This document shows positions 11,307 to 23,300 of a stretch of DNA of 64,000 nucleotides, piece by piece. Location: NCBI GenBank assembly GCA_047284725.1, contig JBJBEO010000001.1, forward strand, positions 512,001 to 576,000, read 5' to 3'. Source of the DNA: Synechococcus sp. (GTDB lineage Bacteria; Cyanobacteriota; Cyanobacteriia; PCC-6307; Cyanobiaceae). The first letter of the stretch is position 1; every line of letters starts with the position of its first letter. Both the position numbers and the translations under genes were made by a program. The notes beneath the pieces were generated by a model. It did no database searches. It saw only the letters and a list, made by a program, of their open reading frames with translations, and was not told the DNA's origin.

Positions 11307-11378
11307 TGGGCGATACTGGATTTGAACCAGTGACTCCTACAATGTCAATGTAGTGCTCTACCCCTGAGCTAATCGCCC
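11307..11378 (-). tRNA. trnV: tRNA-Val(GAC)
   Basis: Reverse complement GGGCGATTAGCTCAGGGGTAGAGC-CTACA-TTGACAT-TGTAG...GGTTCAAATCC-AGTATCGCCCA folds as a cloverleaf with anticodon GAC. Confidence 0.96.
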
Positions 11379-11473
11379 GTTGATTCACTTTGGTGTGAAC
11401 ACGGTGTCGGCTTTCCGACGAGAAGAGAATGTAGCAGCCGGTCCTGCTCCGCTCGCTTCTTTTCTTCCCTTGC

Positions 11474-12265
11474 TCAGCGTCGTTCCATGCGCACTCTCCA
11501 GCGATCCCGTTTGGTGCGTTCCAGAGCCAATACTTCCAGGCTGCCCCGATCCTGAAGCTGCAGTCGATCGCCCACCGTGAGGTCCTTGCTGGCTTGGCGT
11601 ACGGCCTTCCAGTTCAGGCGCAGCCGACCATGGCGGATTTGTTGCACCACCTTCGCCCGAGACAAGCCGAATCCTGCTGAAGCAATGGCATCGAGCCGGC
11701 ATGACGCCTCCACGCTGGTGAGTTGTTTCGGGTTGCGTGTGGCTGGCAGCTGCAGTTGATCCAACGCCTTCTGTTCGATCTGAATCTCCACATCACGGAC
11801 CTGGCCTGTCTGCGCATGCAGATGGTGTGCGGCTTCGGGTGTGCAGAGCGCCTGCGCGCCCCGGTCACCCCGGATCCAGATGTCACCGATGTCGCCGTTC
11901 AGCACCCCCAGCGCGATGAGGGCGGTGCGGATGTCCTCAGGCTCCACGGGGTCAAACAGGAAATTACCTTCCACATCGACTCCCACCACGGGCACGGTCT
12001 CCGGTGGCTTGGTCTCCATGCCGTCATCGCTACGGCTGATCCAGAGGCGTTGCCGTTCCGCGCCGGCGCGCCCCCCTGCGCCGTGCAGGGTCAGTTCGGT
12101 GAGGCTGCCCAGGCGCACCACTGCCTCTTCCATCAGTGGAGCCGACAGAAAAGGCGACCACGATGGCTGCCAGGTGCGCAGCACGGCGTCGGCGAGGTCG
12201 AGCAATGGTCTGAACTCTTCCGGATCGCTGCATCCAGTCAGGAGCTCCTCGCGCGGCAGCATCAC
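11474..12265 (-). CDS. S4-domain RNA-binding protein (YlmH-like / photosystem II S4 domain protein)
   Basis: EASCRLDAIASAGFGLSR S4 motif; GNFLFDP. Confidence 0.88.
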   Translation of the reverse strand: MMLPREELLTGCSDPEEFRPLLDLADAVLRTWQPSWSPFLSAPLMEEAVVRLGSLTELTLHGAGGRAGAERQRLWISRSDDGMETKPPETVPVVGVDVEGNFLFDPVEPEDIRTALIALGVLNGDIGDIWIRGDRGAQALCTPEAAHHLHAQTGQVRDVEIQIEQKALDQLQLPATRNPKQLTSVEASCRLDAIASAGFGLSRAKVVQQIRHGRLRLNWKAVRQASKDLTVGDRLQLQDRGSLEVLALERTKRDRWRVRMERR

Positions 12266-12777
12266 AGGTCGTTGAGGCGAACCACCTGAATCGGTCTTGC
12301 ACTCTGCAGCAGTTGCCAGGGGGGCTCAATCCCGCTTGGGGTCTCCAGGAGTAGAAGCCAGCGGTTCTCCTCATTTCGGTTTCGCAGGATGCGGACCCCG
12401 TCTTCATTGTCGGAGGGCACGCTCGCGGCCGCGGCATAGCTCCCCATCAAGCCGGCTCCCATCCCTAACAGTCCACCAATCACCGGTTGGCCCCAGGGGC
12501 CCAGGCCCGAAAAGGTCTCCAGGTTGGTGATTTGCGTGAAGGTGAGGCCCGCCATGAAACCGAAGGGGAGCAGCCAGCCCGCCATCGATTTCTGACGCTG
12601 CTCGCGAGCCATGCGGGGATTGAGAAGGTCGACGGAGTCGAGGGGAACTCCCGCATCTCCCCCTGCGGCTGGTGTCACCAGAACACAACGCTGCAGGGGC
12701 ACCCCGTTGGCTTTCAGCTTTTGCTCCAGCGAGGCTGCAGCGGTCTGGTCTTTCAGCACCAGCACGCAGGCGGGCAT
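12262..12777 (-). CDS. Conserved hypothetical membrane protein
   Basis: 171 aa with two Gly-rich TM segments; overlaps the next gene by 4 nt. Confidence 0.75.
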   Translation of the reverse strand: MPACVLVLKDQTAAASLEQKLKANGVPLQRCVLVTPAAGGDAGVPLDSVDLLNPRMAREQRQKSMAGWLLPFGFMAGLTFTQITNLETFSGLGPWGQPVIGGLLGMGAGLMGSYAAAASVPSDNEDGVRILRNRNEENRWLLLLETPSGIEPPWQLLQSARPIQVVRLNDL

Positions 12778-12858
12778 GGGCGATTCCGTGGTGATGGAAG
12801 TCGTTGATTCTGGCCTGCGGGCCTGTCTTTACAGTGGTCCACGGCTGTCTTTCGCCGG

Positions 12859-14448
12859 TTGATGACAAAAGTTCTGGTTTCCGATCCCATTGATCAGGCC
12901 GGCATTGACATCCTGAGCCAGGTAGCTCAGGTCGATCAGCGCACGGGACTCAGCCCTGCGGAGTTGAAAGGAATCATCGGTGAGTACGACGCTCTGATGA
13001 TTCGTTCAGGTACGCAGGTCACTGCTGATGTGATCGAGGCGGCCGGAAGGCTGCGGATCGTCGGTCGAGCCGGTGTCGGCGTCGACAACGTGGATGTGCC
13101 GGCGGCCACGCAGCGCGGTGTGCTGGTCGTCAATTCACCGGAGGGCAACACCATCGCTGCGGCCGAGCACGCCCTCGCTTTGTTGCTCTCCTTGTCGCGC
13201 CACGTGCCGCAGGCCCACGCTTCGATGCGTCAGGGAGCATGGGACCGCAAGAAATACGTCGGAAACGAGCTCTACAAAAAGGTTCTTGGTGTTGTCGGTC
13301 TCGGCAAGATCGGCTCCCATGTGGCCAAGGTGGCCAAGGCGATGGGGATGGACGTCATCGCTTACGACCCGTTTATCTCCACAGAACGGGCCCAGCAGAT
13401 GCAGGTGCGTCTCACGCAGCTCGCTGACCTGTTCAGTGCTGCTGACTACATCACCCTCCACATTCCCCGCACGCCTGACACTGAAAACCTTGTGAACGCA
13501 GCGTTGCTGCGCACGATGAAGCCCACGGCGCGCCTGGTGAACTGCGCTCGCGGCGGCATCATCGACGAATCAGCGCTGGCTGAGGCGGTGGAGAACGGCG
13601 TGATCGCCGGAGCAGGTCTCGATGTGTTTGCCACGGAACCGCTGTCGGCCGATTCGCCGCTGCGCGCTGTGGAGCGCGGCTTGGTGCTGACTCCCCACCT
13701 CGGTGCCTCCACCGAGGAGGCTCAGGAAAATGTGGCCATCGATGTGGCGGAACAGATCCGTGATGTCCTGCTTGGTCTTCCGGCCCGCAGCGCGGTGAAC
13801 ATTCCAGGCCTCAGTGCCGAAATCATGGAGCGGCTCAAGCCCCATCTCCAGTTGGCTGAAACCCTTGGCTTGTTGGTCAGTCAGCTCGCCGACGGTCAGG
13901 TGGAAGAGCTGGAGGTGCGTTTACAGGGTGAATTCTCTGAACATCCCTCGCAGCCCCTTGTGGTGGCCGCACTGAAAGGACTGCTCTCCAATGCCCTGGG
14001 CGAGCGCATCAATTATGTCAACGCTTCTCTGGAGGCGAAGGCCCGCGGTATCCACGTTCTGGAGGTCAAAGACGACGCCACGCGGGATTTTGCAGGCGGT
14101 TCGCTGCGGCTCACCACCCGGGGAGCTCAGGGGGGACACAGTGTCACGGGTGCCGTGTTCGCCGATGGCGAATTGCGCGTGACCACGATTGATGAATTCC
14201 CTGTGAATGTGCCCCCCAGCCGGCACATGCTGTTCACCCGACACCGCGATATGCCAGGGATCATCGGCCACCTCGGGTCCGTGCTTGGTGAGCACAACGT
14301 CAACATCGCTTCAATGCAGGTGGGCCGTCGCATCGTCCGCGGTGATGCCGTGATGGTGCTCAGCATCGACGATCCAATCCCACCCAGCCTGCTGGCCACG
14401 ATCAGCTCCATTGACGGCATTCAGGAGGCCCATCCGGTCACCCTCTGA
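12859..14448 (+). CDS. serA: D-3-phosphoglycerate dehydrogenase
   Basis: GRAGVGVDN, GLGKIG, TPHLGAST and a C-terminal ACT domain. Confidence 0.97.
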   Translation: MMTKVLVSDPIDQAGIDILSQVAQVDQRTGLSPAELKGIIGEYDALMIRSGTQVTADVIEAAGRLRIVGRAGVGVDNVDVPAATQRGVLVVNSPEGNTIAAAEHALALLLSLSRHVPQAHASMRQGAWDRKKYVGNELYKKVLGVVGLGKIGSHVAKVAKAMGMDVIAYDPFISTERAQQMQVRLTQLADLFSAADYITLHIPRTPDTENLVNAALLRTMKPTARLVNCARGGIIDESALAEAVENGVIAGAGLDVFATEPLSADSPLRAVERGLVLTPHLGASTEEAQENVAIDVAEQIRDVLLGLPARSAVNIPGLSAEIMERLKPHLQLAETLGLLVSQLADGQVEELEVRLQGEFSEHPSQPLVVAALKGLLSNALGERINYVNASLEAKARGIHVLEVKDDATRDFAGGSLRLTTRGAQGGHSVTGAVFADGELRVTTIDEFPVNVPPSRHMLFTRHRDMPGIIGHLGSVLGEHNVNIASMQVGRRIVRGDAVMVLSIDDPIPPSLLATISSIDGIQEAHPVTL

Positions 14449-14476
14449 ATCTCTGATGGTTCCCTCGTCTCTGCCA

Positions 14477-15391
14477 ATGACGTCAACATCGTTGCGTTGG
14501 TGGCGCCTGTCGCTCCCCCTCCAGCCCGAGCTGGAGGAGTCGTTGCTGTGGAAGCTCGAGAGCCTGGGATTGCATCGTCTGGCGGTGCAGCATGCGCCGG
14601 AAACGCCTCATCAGCGGGTCTTGCTGGCGTGGTTGCCCGCTCCTGAATGGCCCGATGATCAGCGACAGGGGCTGATCGACAGTCTCAGGCCACTGGCAGA
14701 CACCTTTGGACTGTCGTTCCCTCAGCCTGAGTGGTTCGAGTTGGATGACGAAGACTGGAGCCTCACCTGGAAGCAGCACTGGCAGCCCGACCCTGTCGGT
14801 GATCGGCTCCTGATCCTTCCGGCCTGGCTGGATGTGCCACCTGAGCATGCTGATCGTTTGGTGCTGCGGATGGACCCCGGCAGTGCCTTTGGTACCGGCA
14901 GCCATCCGACAACGCGCCTCTGTCTGCAGGCGTTGGAGGCCCAGCCGCCGCTTGGGCTTCAGGTGGCAGATCTCGGCTGCGGCAGTGGTGTGCTTGGTCT
15001 TGCTGCTCTCGCCCTGGGTGCGGAGCGTGTCCTCGCCGCTGATGTTGATTCCCTGGCTGAGCGAGCCACCCGAGAGAATGCCGCACTCAACCACCATCCT
15101 GAGAGGCGCCTGGCGGTGCGACAGGGATCGGTTGAGGTCCTGGTGGAGATGCAGGGCAGTACGCCGTCGCAGCTCTTGCTCTGCAACATTCTGGCGCCGG
15201 TGATTGAGGCTTTGGCGCCTCAGTTCAAGGATCTGCTGGCACCAGGTGGGCGGGGGTTGCTCAGTGGTTTGCTGGTGGAACAGGCGCCTCGACTCACCAC
15301 CGTGCTGGAGGGTCTGGGTTGGTCGGTGACGGCTCTTGGGTCGCAGGGACGCTGGGGATTACTGGAGATTCAACACCCGAAAGCCGCATAA
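14477..15391 (+). CDS. prmA: Ribosomal protein L11 methyltransferase
   Basis: [25 protein letters not shown]. Confidence 0.93.
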   Translation: MTSTSLRWWRLSLPLQPELEESLLWKLESLGLHRLAVQHAPETPHQRVLLAWLPAPEWPDDQRQGLIDSLRPLADTFGLSFPQPEWFELDDEDWSLTWKQHWQPDPVGDRLLILPAWLDVPPEHADRLVLRMDPGSAFGTGSHPTTRLCLQALEAQPPLGLQVADLGCGSGVLGLAALALGAERVLAADVDSLAERATRENAALNHHPERRLAVRQGSVEVLVEMQGSTPSQLLLCNILAPVIEALAPQFKDLLAPGGRGLLSGLLVEQAPRLTTVLEGLGWSVTALGSQGRWGLLEIQHPKAA

Positions 15392-15531
15392 GTTGCGCTT
15401 ATCAGTGCCTAGGGTTTGATTGGCCTTGTCTGGAAAGCCTGTCCGAAAGAGGTGCGATTGCCTCAGTCCGATGTAGAAGGGACCAGTCCTGCAAGCCTGT
15501 TCATTCAGGTCGCTGCACACTCCATCCATCC

Positions 15532-15831
15532 ATGGCTTCCTACAAGGTCACTCTGGTCGCTGAAAGCGAAGGTCTGAACAAGACCATCGAAGTGCCCGAC
15601 GATCAGTACATCCTCGACGCCGCTGAAGAGCAGGGCATCGACCTCCCCTATTCCTGCCGCGCCGGCGCCTGCTCCACCTGTGCAGGCAAGATCACGGCAG
15701 GTACCGTCGACCAGTCCGACCAGAGCTTCCTGGACGACGACCAGATCGAGGCCGGTTTCGTTCTGACCTGCGTCGCTTACCCCACCTCCGACTGCACCAT
15801 CAAGACCCACGCTGAAGAAGAGCTCTATTGA
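15532..15831 (+). CDS. petF: [2Fe-2S] ferredoxin
   Basis: [27 protein letters not shown]. Confidence 0.98.
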   Translation: MASYKVTLVAESEGLNKTIEVPDDQYILDAAEEQGIDLPYSCRAGACSTCAGKITAGTVDQSDQSFLDDDQIEAGFVLTCVAYPTSDCTIKTHAEEELY

Positions 15832-15894
15832 GCTTGATCCCTTGGATCTCATTGACCGGACGTCACCGTTGTCGTTTCGACGGACTGTCCATTC

Positions 15895-15917
15895 GCCACC
15901 CCTAGGGGTGGCTTTTT
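15895..15917 (+). terminator. Terminator after petF
   Basis: GCCACCCC-TA-GGGGTGGC followed by TTTTT. Confidence 0.8.
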
Positions 15918-15943
15918 GCTGTCATCGTGCTGACTGGTTCTGA

Positions 15944-16351
15944 GTGCTCATGCCTGCAGCGTCAGCGGCCACGAGGCCCGAAGCCGGTGCTCTCTTGGAG
16001 CACGGCAGTGTGCACACCAGTCCGGGGGGCCAGTACAGCTTTCGGGTGATCGGACCCTGTTGCCGGTTGTTTGATCGCGAAGAGCTGCCTTGGCCTTGCT
16101 GTCGTTTGGTTTGGCGCAGCAAGGAGCCCAGCTGGCGCCGTGTCGGGCGTCGATTCGTCCCTGATCTGGCTGCCCGTCGCTGCCCCTCCTATGCCGTGGA
16201 GTTGCTGCAGCCAGGTTCAAGGCCAACCACCACTGTGCTCACGCTTTTTTCCCTTCGCTTCACTCCCGTCCTGCAGGAGTGGTGGTACAGCCGTCACCCT
16301 CGGTCCATGCAACAGGTCATTCCGTCCTCCTCCATCCAGCAAGAGGGTTAA
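15944..16351 (+). CDS. Conserved hypothetical protein
   Basis: Cys/Trp-rich ORF (VIGPCCRLFDREELPWPCCRL). Confidence 0.7.
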   Translation: MLMPAASAATRPEAGALLEHGSVHTSPGGQYSFRVIGPCCRLFDREELPWPCCRLVWRSKEPSWRRVGRRFVPDLAARRCPSYAVELLQPGSRPTTTVLTLFSLRFTPVLQEWWYSRHPRSMQQVIPSSSIQQEG

Positions 16352-16373
16352 AACGCAGGAAGCAATCACGCAC

Positions 16374-16403
16374 AAAAAAACCGCCTTTTCAGGCGGCTTC
16401 TTT
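16374..16403. terminator. Likely bidirectional terminator between convergent genes
   Basis: A-run, CCGCC-ttttca-GGCGG stem, then T-rich tail. Confidence 0.7.
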
Positions 16404-16468
16404 GTGTTCACCTCCTTGTGTTGAAACTCGGTGAGGCGTGAACCCTGTGCGTGAAGCCAGAGAGGCGA

Positions 16469-16981
16469 TCAGAAGTAAATCTTGCCGCCGCCCCACTCCT
16501 TGCCCAGCACCTTCGGTGCCACAAGGATGTATCCGGACATCAGGCGAAGATCCTCATCGGTGAGGTCACGCATGGCGGGGTAGAGATCGCGACTGCGCAT
16601 GCTGGGGTGCAAATCAGCAATGCTGTATTCACCGTCGTAGGAGGTGGGGTCCTTCAGGTAGTCGACGAGGCCTTCAACGCTGTTGCGGGAGGGGGTGGCC
16701 AAGGCCAGAGTCTCTGGATCGAGGCCCACGTTGTGGTTGGTCTTGGTGATGCCACCGGCATGGCAGGTGCCGCAACTGGTGTTGAACACCTTGCGCCCCG
16801 TTTTGATTTCCTGTTCGGTGAAGGTCACCTCAGCGCCACTGGCATCGGCAGGCACGGTGAGGGTCTCGGCATCCCATTGAGCCGCCAGCGCGGGGGAGCT
16901 GAACACGAGAGCGACCAGCACGGGCAGCACAAAAAGCACCCGGCCCAGGGACCGTCGCAATGCAAGAAGGGGAGAGGCCAT
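16469..16981 (-). CDS. psbV: Cytochrome c-550
   Basis: Signal peptide, CGTCH heme motif, KDPTSYDG, WGGGKIYF. Confidence 0.97.
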   Translation of the reverse strand: MASPLLALRRSLGRVLFVLPVLVALVFSSPALAAQWDAETLTVPADASGAEVTFTEQEIKTGRKVFNTSCGTCHAGGITKTNHNVGLDPETLALATPSRNSVEGLVDYLKDPTSYDGEYSIADLHPSMRSRDLYPAMRDLTDEDLRLMSGYILVAPKVLGKEWGGGKIYF

Positions 16982-17112
16982 GAAGGACACCAAAATCTGA
17001 CGGAGACACCGCTCCAAGCTCTTGTATCACGGGCCATGGGCCCCTTGGTGCAGTTCCAGGGGCGTGCTCATGAACTGTTGCAGCAGTTGGTGGGCAGGCC
17101 GACCGGGTCTGC

Positions 17113-18060
17113 TCAGGTCGAAGGCTTGATGTCGAGGCTCAGAAAGTCCTTGGCCAGAAGGGTGTTGGGGAAGATGGCCTGAGCTTCTGTCAGGAGATCG
17201 GTGGGGGTCACCGCGTTGCCAGGGGCGTAGCGCGGGCTCAGATGGGTGAGGGCCAGCTGTTTGACACCGGCTTCCGCAGCGGTCTGGGCTGCCATGGTGC
17301 TGGTGGAGTGCTGACGCTGGAACGCCATCTCGGCTTCAGCGTGGGAAAACGTGGATTCATGGATGAGCAGGTCGGCGCCGCGGGCCAGCTCCACCGCTGC
17401 TTCGCAAAACACCGTGTCTGTGCAATACACGACGCTCACTCCGGGGCGATCCGGTCCACAGAGCTTCCGGCCATCGATGCATCGACCGTCGTCGAGGGTG
17501 ACCATGCGTCCTTGTTTGAGTTCGGCGTAGATCGGTCCTGGAGGAATCCCCAGAGCACGTGCTTGCTCGATGTCGAAGCGTCCAGCCCGGGGCTTTTGTT
17601 CAATCCGGTAGGCGTAGGCGGGCACACGATGGGTGAGGGGCGTGGCCCGCACCATGATGTCGTCGTCTTCGAACACCAGATGTCCGCGTTCAGCGGCGTC
17701 CTTCACCCGATGCACCTCCAGGGGATAGCCGATCCGGGTTGAGCTCGTGCGCAGCACCCCCTGGAGGAATGCCTCGAGCGGATCCGGGCCGTAGAGATCC
17801 ACTCCACAGCTTGTGCCTGCCAGTCCCAGGCTGGCCAGCAACCCGGGAAGGCCGAACACGTGGTCCCCGTGCATGTGCGTGATGAACACCCGCCTCAGTT
17901 GCGACAAGCGCAGGTCGCTGCGGAGGAATTGGTGCTGAGTGCCTTCGCCGCAATCAAACAGCCACAGTTCAGAGCGCTGAGGTAATCGCAGCGCGACGGA
18001 TGAAACATTGCGGGCCCGGGTTGGAACACCGGAACTGGTACCGAGGAAAGTGACCTGCAC
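17113..18060 (-). CDS. rnz: Ribonuclease Z
   Basis: [34 protein letters not shown] start at 18060. Confidence 0.95.
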   Translation of the reverse strand: MQVTFLGTSSGVPTRARNVSSVALRLPQRSELWLFDCGEGTQHQFLRSDLRLSQLRRVFITHMHGDHVFGLPGLLASLGLAGTSCGVDLYGPDPLEAFLQGVLRTSSTRIGYPLEVHRVKDAAERGHLVFEDDDIMVRATPLTHRVPAYAYRIEQKPRAGRFDIEQARALGIPPGPIYAELKQGRMVTLDDGRCIDGRKLCGPDRPGVSVVYCTDTVFCEAAVELARGADLLIHESTFSHAEAEMAFQRQHSTSTMAAQTAAEAGVKQLALTHLSPRYAPGNAVTPTDLLTEAQAIFPNTLLAKDFLSLDIKPST

Positions 18061-18093
18061 GGTCTGAAGCGGGCATGCATCAAATTTGCCACG

Positions 18094-19512
18094 TTGCGCC
18101 CTGGTTCTCTCTCTCCGGGGGGGGCACACTGGGCTGCCCAACGCACGGTCGGCGTGGTCAGGTCCTCCTCTTTCCTGCAGTTCGTTCCGGCTGTTGTGCT
18201 GACTCTCCAGCCGACATGGATGGCCCCAGCGGTTGCGGTTGTCCATCCAACGGTTGCCATGCGACAGCCGCAGATGCGCGTGCTGCTGGCGGAGGTCGAT
18301 GTGCTCCGGCTGCGCGCCGATGGAGCCACGCCCTTGGTGCTGCATGGCCTTGGGCGGGGAGCGGTGCAGCTTTCACGTCTGCACGTGCGCCGGCAGGGGC
18401 GCGCTTGGTGGCTGGATTCCCCGCAGTTGGGTCAGCGACGGCTGCCTGCTGGCGGGACGCTTGTGGTGCAAACCGATGATCCCCGTGGCATCTGGCTGGG
18501 GCCTCGGCGTTACGGCGGTGCGCTGCATCTGGCGTTGCGGGATGGCCGCCTCCAGGTGGTGAACCATCTGGAGATTGAGACGTATCTCGCCAGCGTGGTG
18601 GGCAGTGAAATGCCCCAGGCCTGGCCCATCGCAGCCCTGCAGGCTCAGGCCGTGGCCGCCCGCACCTATGCCTTGCGCCAGCGCGGTCGAACGGGCGGAT
18701 TTGATGTCAAGTCCACCGTGTCCAGCCAGGTCTACCGCGGCTTGGAGTCGGCCACGCCCCGCACCGAGGAGGCGGTGAAGAGCACCCGTTCGCTGGTGAT
18801 GGTGCATGGAGGTCGACTGATCAATGCGGTCTTCCACAGCAGTTCCGGTGGCGCCACTGAACCGAGTGGTGAAGTGTGGCGTCACCAACTTCCTTATCTG
18901 GTGAGTGTGCGCGACCACGATCAGAGCAGTCCGGTGCACCGCTGGGAGCAGCATTTCGATGCCGCCCAGTTGCGCACGGCGTTTCTGGAAACCGGTGGGT
19001 TGCAGAAACTGGAGGTTCTTCGCACCAGCTCCACCGGCCGTTTGCGGTCGGTGCGTGCCCAGGGGCCACGGGGCACCCTGGTGATCAGTGGCCGGGAGTT
19101 ACGCCAACGCCTTGGCTTGAAGAGCACGAAGGTGCGCTTCAACTGGATCACCGGCACGCTGGACGAACCAGGCGGGAGCTGGCGCGATTCGGCCAGTGGC
19201 ATCCCCCGTGCAAACCGAGCTCCACTGTCATCCTTCCGGCCGCAGCCTTCAACGGCCTGGGCGCCGCTGGTTCCCCCCCCTCCCCCGCCTGCTGGCAGCC
19301 GTCCTGGCACGGTGCTGACGGTGCAGGGCCAGGGGTTTGGTCATGGCGTGGGCATGAGTCAGTGGGGCGCGAGGGGGCTGGCGGAGCAGGGGGCTGATTT
19401 CCGGCAGATCCTTCAGCATTACTACCGCGGGATCACCATTCGTCCCTTCCGGCCGTCCGATGACCCGGCCATGGCATGGAGCCCCCCAGTTAGGCCAGCC
19501 TGGAGGCGTTGA
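18094..19512 (+). CDS. SpoIID/LytB domain lytic transglycosylase-like protein
   Basis: [36 protein letters not shown]. Confidence 0.92.
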   Translation: MRPGSLSPGGAHWAAQRTVGVVRSSSFLQFVPAVVLTLQPTWMAPAVAVVHPTVAMRQPQMRVLLAEVDVLRLRADGATPLVLHGLGRGAVQLSRLHVRRQGRAWWLDSPQLGQRRLPAGGTLVVQTDDPRGIWLGPRRYGGALHLALRDGRLQVVNHLEIETYLASVVGSEMPQAWPIAALQAQAVAARTYALRQRGRTGGFDVKSTVSSQVYRGLESATPRTEEAVKSTRSLVMVHGGRLINAVFHSSSGGATEPSGEVWRHQLPYLVSVRDHDQSSPVHRWEQHFDAAQLRTAFLETGGLQKLEVLRTSSTGRLRSVRAQGPRGTLVISGRELRQRLGLKSTKVRFNWITGTLDEPGGSWRDSASGIPRANRAPLSSFRPQPSTAWAPLVPPPPPPAGSRPGTVLTVQGQGFGHGVGMSQWGARGLAEQGADFRQILQHYYRGITIRPFRPSDDPAMAWSPPVRPAWRR

Positions 19513-19524
19513 TGCTGCTGGGCG

Positions 19525-20319
19525 GTGGTGGTGCTGAACCTGCCAGACACAGTTGCTCTCGTGCAGCAGTCCGATCCGGATCGCCTCATCGAAACAGTGG
19601 TCGATCATTGGGAGGTTGGTCTGCGCGGCCGCCTGGCTGATCCATCACCTCGGCCGCTGGGTCTGGCGACCGGTCGCACCATGGAACCGTTCTATGCCGC
19701 CTTGGTGCGGCGCTTGCGGCATTGGGGCCCGGCCGATTTGAAGCTCCTGCGTCAGGGCTGGCTCAGTTTCAATCTGGATGAGTATGTGGGTCTGCCTGCT
19801 CGCCATGGCGCCAGCTTCAGGGCCTACATGGATGAGCGGCTGGGTGAGCCTCTTGGTCTGACCTCTGCGCAGCTGTGCCTGCCCGATGGAGCCGCTGCGG
19901 ACCCGGTTCAGGAAGCACGGCGCTACGGGCAGCAGCTGCGCCAGGCGGGCGGGATCGGAGTGCAGTTGCTGGGGCTCGGCAGCAATGGACATGTGGGATT
20001 CAACGAGCCCCCCTGCAGCGCTGATGCCCCTTGTCGTTGCCTTGATCTCTCGCCGGCGACGCGTGATCAAAACGCTGAGGCCTTCGGTGGTGACCCTGCG
20101 CTGGTGCCCCGCCAGGCCATCACCCTGGGCATGGCTGAAATCCTTGCAGCGCAGGAGGTGCATCTGATCGTCACGGGAGCGGAGAAGGCGGAGATTCTGC
20201 AGCGGCTGTTGACCAGCGGTTGCGACCCGGCCCTGCCGGCGAGCTGGTTGCTCCGTCATCCGCGCGTGCGGCTCTGGGTGGATGATGCGGCCCTTGGGCT
20301 TGTTGTGGCAGCGCATTGA
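19525..20319 (+). CDS. nagB: Glucosamine-6-phosphate deaminase
   Basis: LGLATGRT, FNLDEYVG, LGLGSNGHVGFNEP. Confidence 0.92.
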   Translation: MVVLNLPDTVALVQQSDPDRLIETVVDHWEVGLRGRLADPSPRPLGLATGRTMEPFYAALVRRLRHWGPADLKLLRQGWLSFNLDEYVGLPARHGASFRAYMDERLGEPLGLTSAQLCLPDGAAADPVQEARRYGQQLRQAGGIGVQLLGLGSNGHVGFNEPPCSADAPCRCLDLSPATRDQNAEAFGGDPALVPRQAITLGMAEILAAQEVHLIVTGAEKAEILQRLLTSGCDPALPASWLLRHPRVRLWVDDAALGLVVAAH

Positions 20320-23300
20320 CCGATTGGCGCTTCTGGGTGGATCGCGGCGGCACCTTCACGGATCTGGTGGGATTGGCGCCGGATGGTCGTTTGATGGTGC
20401 GCAAGGTGCTGTCGGAGCAGCCTGGGTGCGAGGGGGATCCGGCGGTGCGGGCGATGGCCGACCTCTTGGCTGCCGAGGGGGCTGAGGGTCTGGCCTCGAT
20501 CGCTGAACTGCGACTGGGCACCACCGTGGCCACGAATGCCTTGCTGGAAGGTGTCGGTGATCGTGTGTTGCTGCTGACCAACACCGGTTTGGCCGATCTG
20601 CTGCGGATCGGTGATCAGCACCGGCGTGATCTGTTTGCGCTCGAACTGACACCGCCGCCCTTCCTGGCTGCGGCGGTGGAGGAGGTGCAGGGGCGGGTTG
20701 ATGCTGATGGTGCTGAAGTCGTCCCTTTGCAGCTCGATCAGGCGCTGGAGGGGCGGTTGCGTCAGCACCAGCGCCAGGGGTTGCGCAGCTGTGCGATCGC
20801 CCTGCTTCATGCCTGGCGCTATCCGGAGCATGAACGCCAGCTCGAGAGCTTTGTGCGCGGGCTGGGCTTCACCACGGTGGTGAGCTCCCATCGGGTCTGT
20901 CCGCTGCCCCGTCTGGTGCCACGGGGGCAAACCACCCTCGTGGAGGCTGCGGTGGCCCGCCCGTTGTTTGGCTATCTCGATCAGGTGCAGGCCGCTCTGG
21001 GCGGTCATGCCCGCTTGCGCGTGATGACCTCCAGCGGTGCCTTGCAATCGTCGGCGTGCCTGCAGGCCAAGGACACGATTCTGTCCGGTCCGGCCGGAGG
21101 AATGGTGGGTGCTGTCGCGGTGGCCCGTCGTGCCGGTCTGGTGGAGTTGCCCCTGGTGGGCTTCGATATGGGTGGCACCAGCACGGATGTGTTTTGTTTG
21201 CCGGCTGGGGCGGCTGACCGGATCTGGGAACGTTGCCCTGAAACGGACGTCGCAGGCCTGCAGTTGTTGGCGCCGCGGTTGCCGATTCACACCGTCGCTG
21301 CTGGTGGAGGTTCGATCATCGACCGCGATGGCGACCGGCTCACGGTTGGTCCTCGCTCGGCTGGTGCGGTGCCCGGCCCGGCCTGTTACCGCCGTGGCGG
21401 TCCTCTGACGGTCACCGATGCCAACCTGCTGCTGGGCCGTCTCCAGGTGCAGGGGTTCCCAGCGGTGTTTGGTCCTGCTGGGGATCAGCGTCCTGATCGG
21501 GAGGTGGTCCAGCAGCGGTTTGCTGCTCTGGCGGACGCGCTGGGGCGTTCAGTGGAGCAGCTCGCGGAAGGGGCCCTTGACCTTGCCGTTGAAACGATGG
21601 CGGCGGCCATCGAGCAGGTGTCGCTCTGCCGCGGCCATGACATCCGTGGTGGCGTGTTGGTGGCCTATGGCGGTGCAGCGGGTCAGTTGGCCTGCCGGGT
21701 GGCCGGCTGCTTGGGGTTGTCTCAAGTGCTGTTGCATCCGCTGGCGGGAGTGCTGTCGGCGTACGGCATGGGCCAGGCGCGCCAGCGCCAGTGGCGTCAG
21801 ATTGCGGTGCGACAACCTCTGACTCAGGCGTTCTGTTCTGGTTTGGAACAGCAGTGGCAAACGGCCCTTGGCGAAGCGGAGCAGCAGTTGCTGGCCGAGG
21901 GGGATGGGCATGGCGATGGGCTCGACTATCACGTGGCTCTGGAGTTGCGTGATCCCCAGGCTGAGCAGGGGTTGATGGTGACGCTGCCCCTCGGCGACGA
22001 AGACGGCGGTGTGACCTGTCCTGACCTGGCGGCGCTGGAGCAGGCGTTTGCGCATCTGCACCAGCAGCGTTTTGGGTTTTTGCCCGAGCGACGGGAGCCG
22101 CTGGTGGTGGAGCGGCTGGAGGTGGAGGTGTTGGCTCCCCCGTTGCTAGACGCAGCCGAGGGGGGGCGGCGTGAGTCGCTGGTGGATCAGGGCCAGGCCC
22201 CGCAGCACCCCGAGGAGGCCACGATGCATTGCCCTGGCCGCGGCTGGTGTTCCGTGCCGCTGTGGAAACGCGAGCTGTTGCAGGTGAACCAGGTGCTGGT
22301 GGGGCCAGCGCTGATTCTTGAAAGCACCGGTTGCATCGTGCTCGACCCAGGCTGGCAGGCCCGTTGCGTAGAAGGCGGAGATCTGGTGCTCAGCGATCAG
22401 CGAGACAGCACCTCCTCAGGGAGGGAGTCGGCCGAAGCAGCAGATGCGGCTGAGGTCGATCCGGTGGACCTCAGCCTCTTCCATCACCGCTTCATGGTGA
22501 TCGCGGAACGGATGGGAGAACGATTGCGACAGACCAGTCGCTCCGTGAACATTCGCGAGCGGTTGGATTTTTCCTGTGCGCTGTTCGATAGCGGCGGTGC
22601 GCTGGTGGCCAACGCTCCCCATATCCCTGTTCATCTCGGGTCGATGGGGGAGGCGGTGGTGGACCTGCTCAATCAGGTGAAGGCGGGTGCCCTGCCTGCG
22701 CTGGCTGATGGTGACGTGGTGATCAGCAATGACCCTTTCCACGGCGGCACGCATCTCCCCGACATCACGGCGATGACCCCAGTGTTCGCGGGACGTGAGC
22801 ATCCGCAATTCTTCGTGGCGTGCCGCGGTCACCATGCCGACGTGGGCGGTCTCACCCCAGGTTCGATGCCGCCGTTCAGTCAGCGGATCGACGACGAAGG
22901 CCTGCGTCTGCGGCACTGGTCGCTGGTGCGGCATGGGCAGTTCGATGGCGCCGCCTGGGATCGACGCCTGGCGTTGGAGACTCCCACGCCCCGTTGTCCG
23001 GAGGTGTTGCTGGCGGATCTGCAGGCCCAGGCAGCGGCCAATCGCCTGGGGGTGGAGTTGCTGGAGGCATTGGTGGCGCGTGAGGGCTTGGCACGGGTCA
23101 GCGATTACATGCGTTATGTGCAGGATCACGCCGCTGCCGCTGTGGAGGCGCTGCTGGAGCAGGTGTCGGACCAGCAGTTTGCAGTGGAGCTCGATAACGG
23201 GGCGGAGCTGAGGTTGACTCTGCGGGTGGACCAGAAGAAGCGCCGAGCGCACTTTGATTTCACGGGCAGTTCCCCTCAGGGCGACCACAATTTTCATGCC

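Noticed and set aside
11307..11378. tRNA-Val as an island integration site
   Set aside because: It is flanked by core genes, with no duplicated 3' end or integrase
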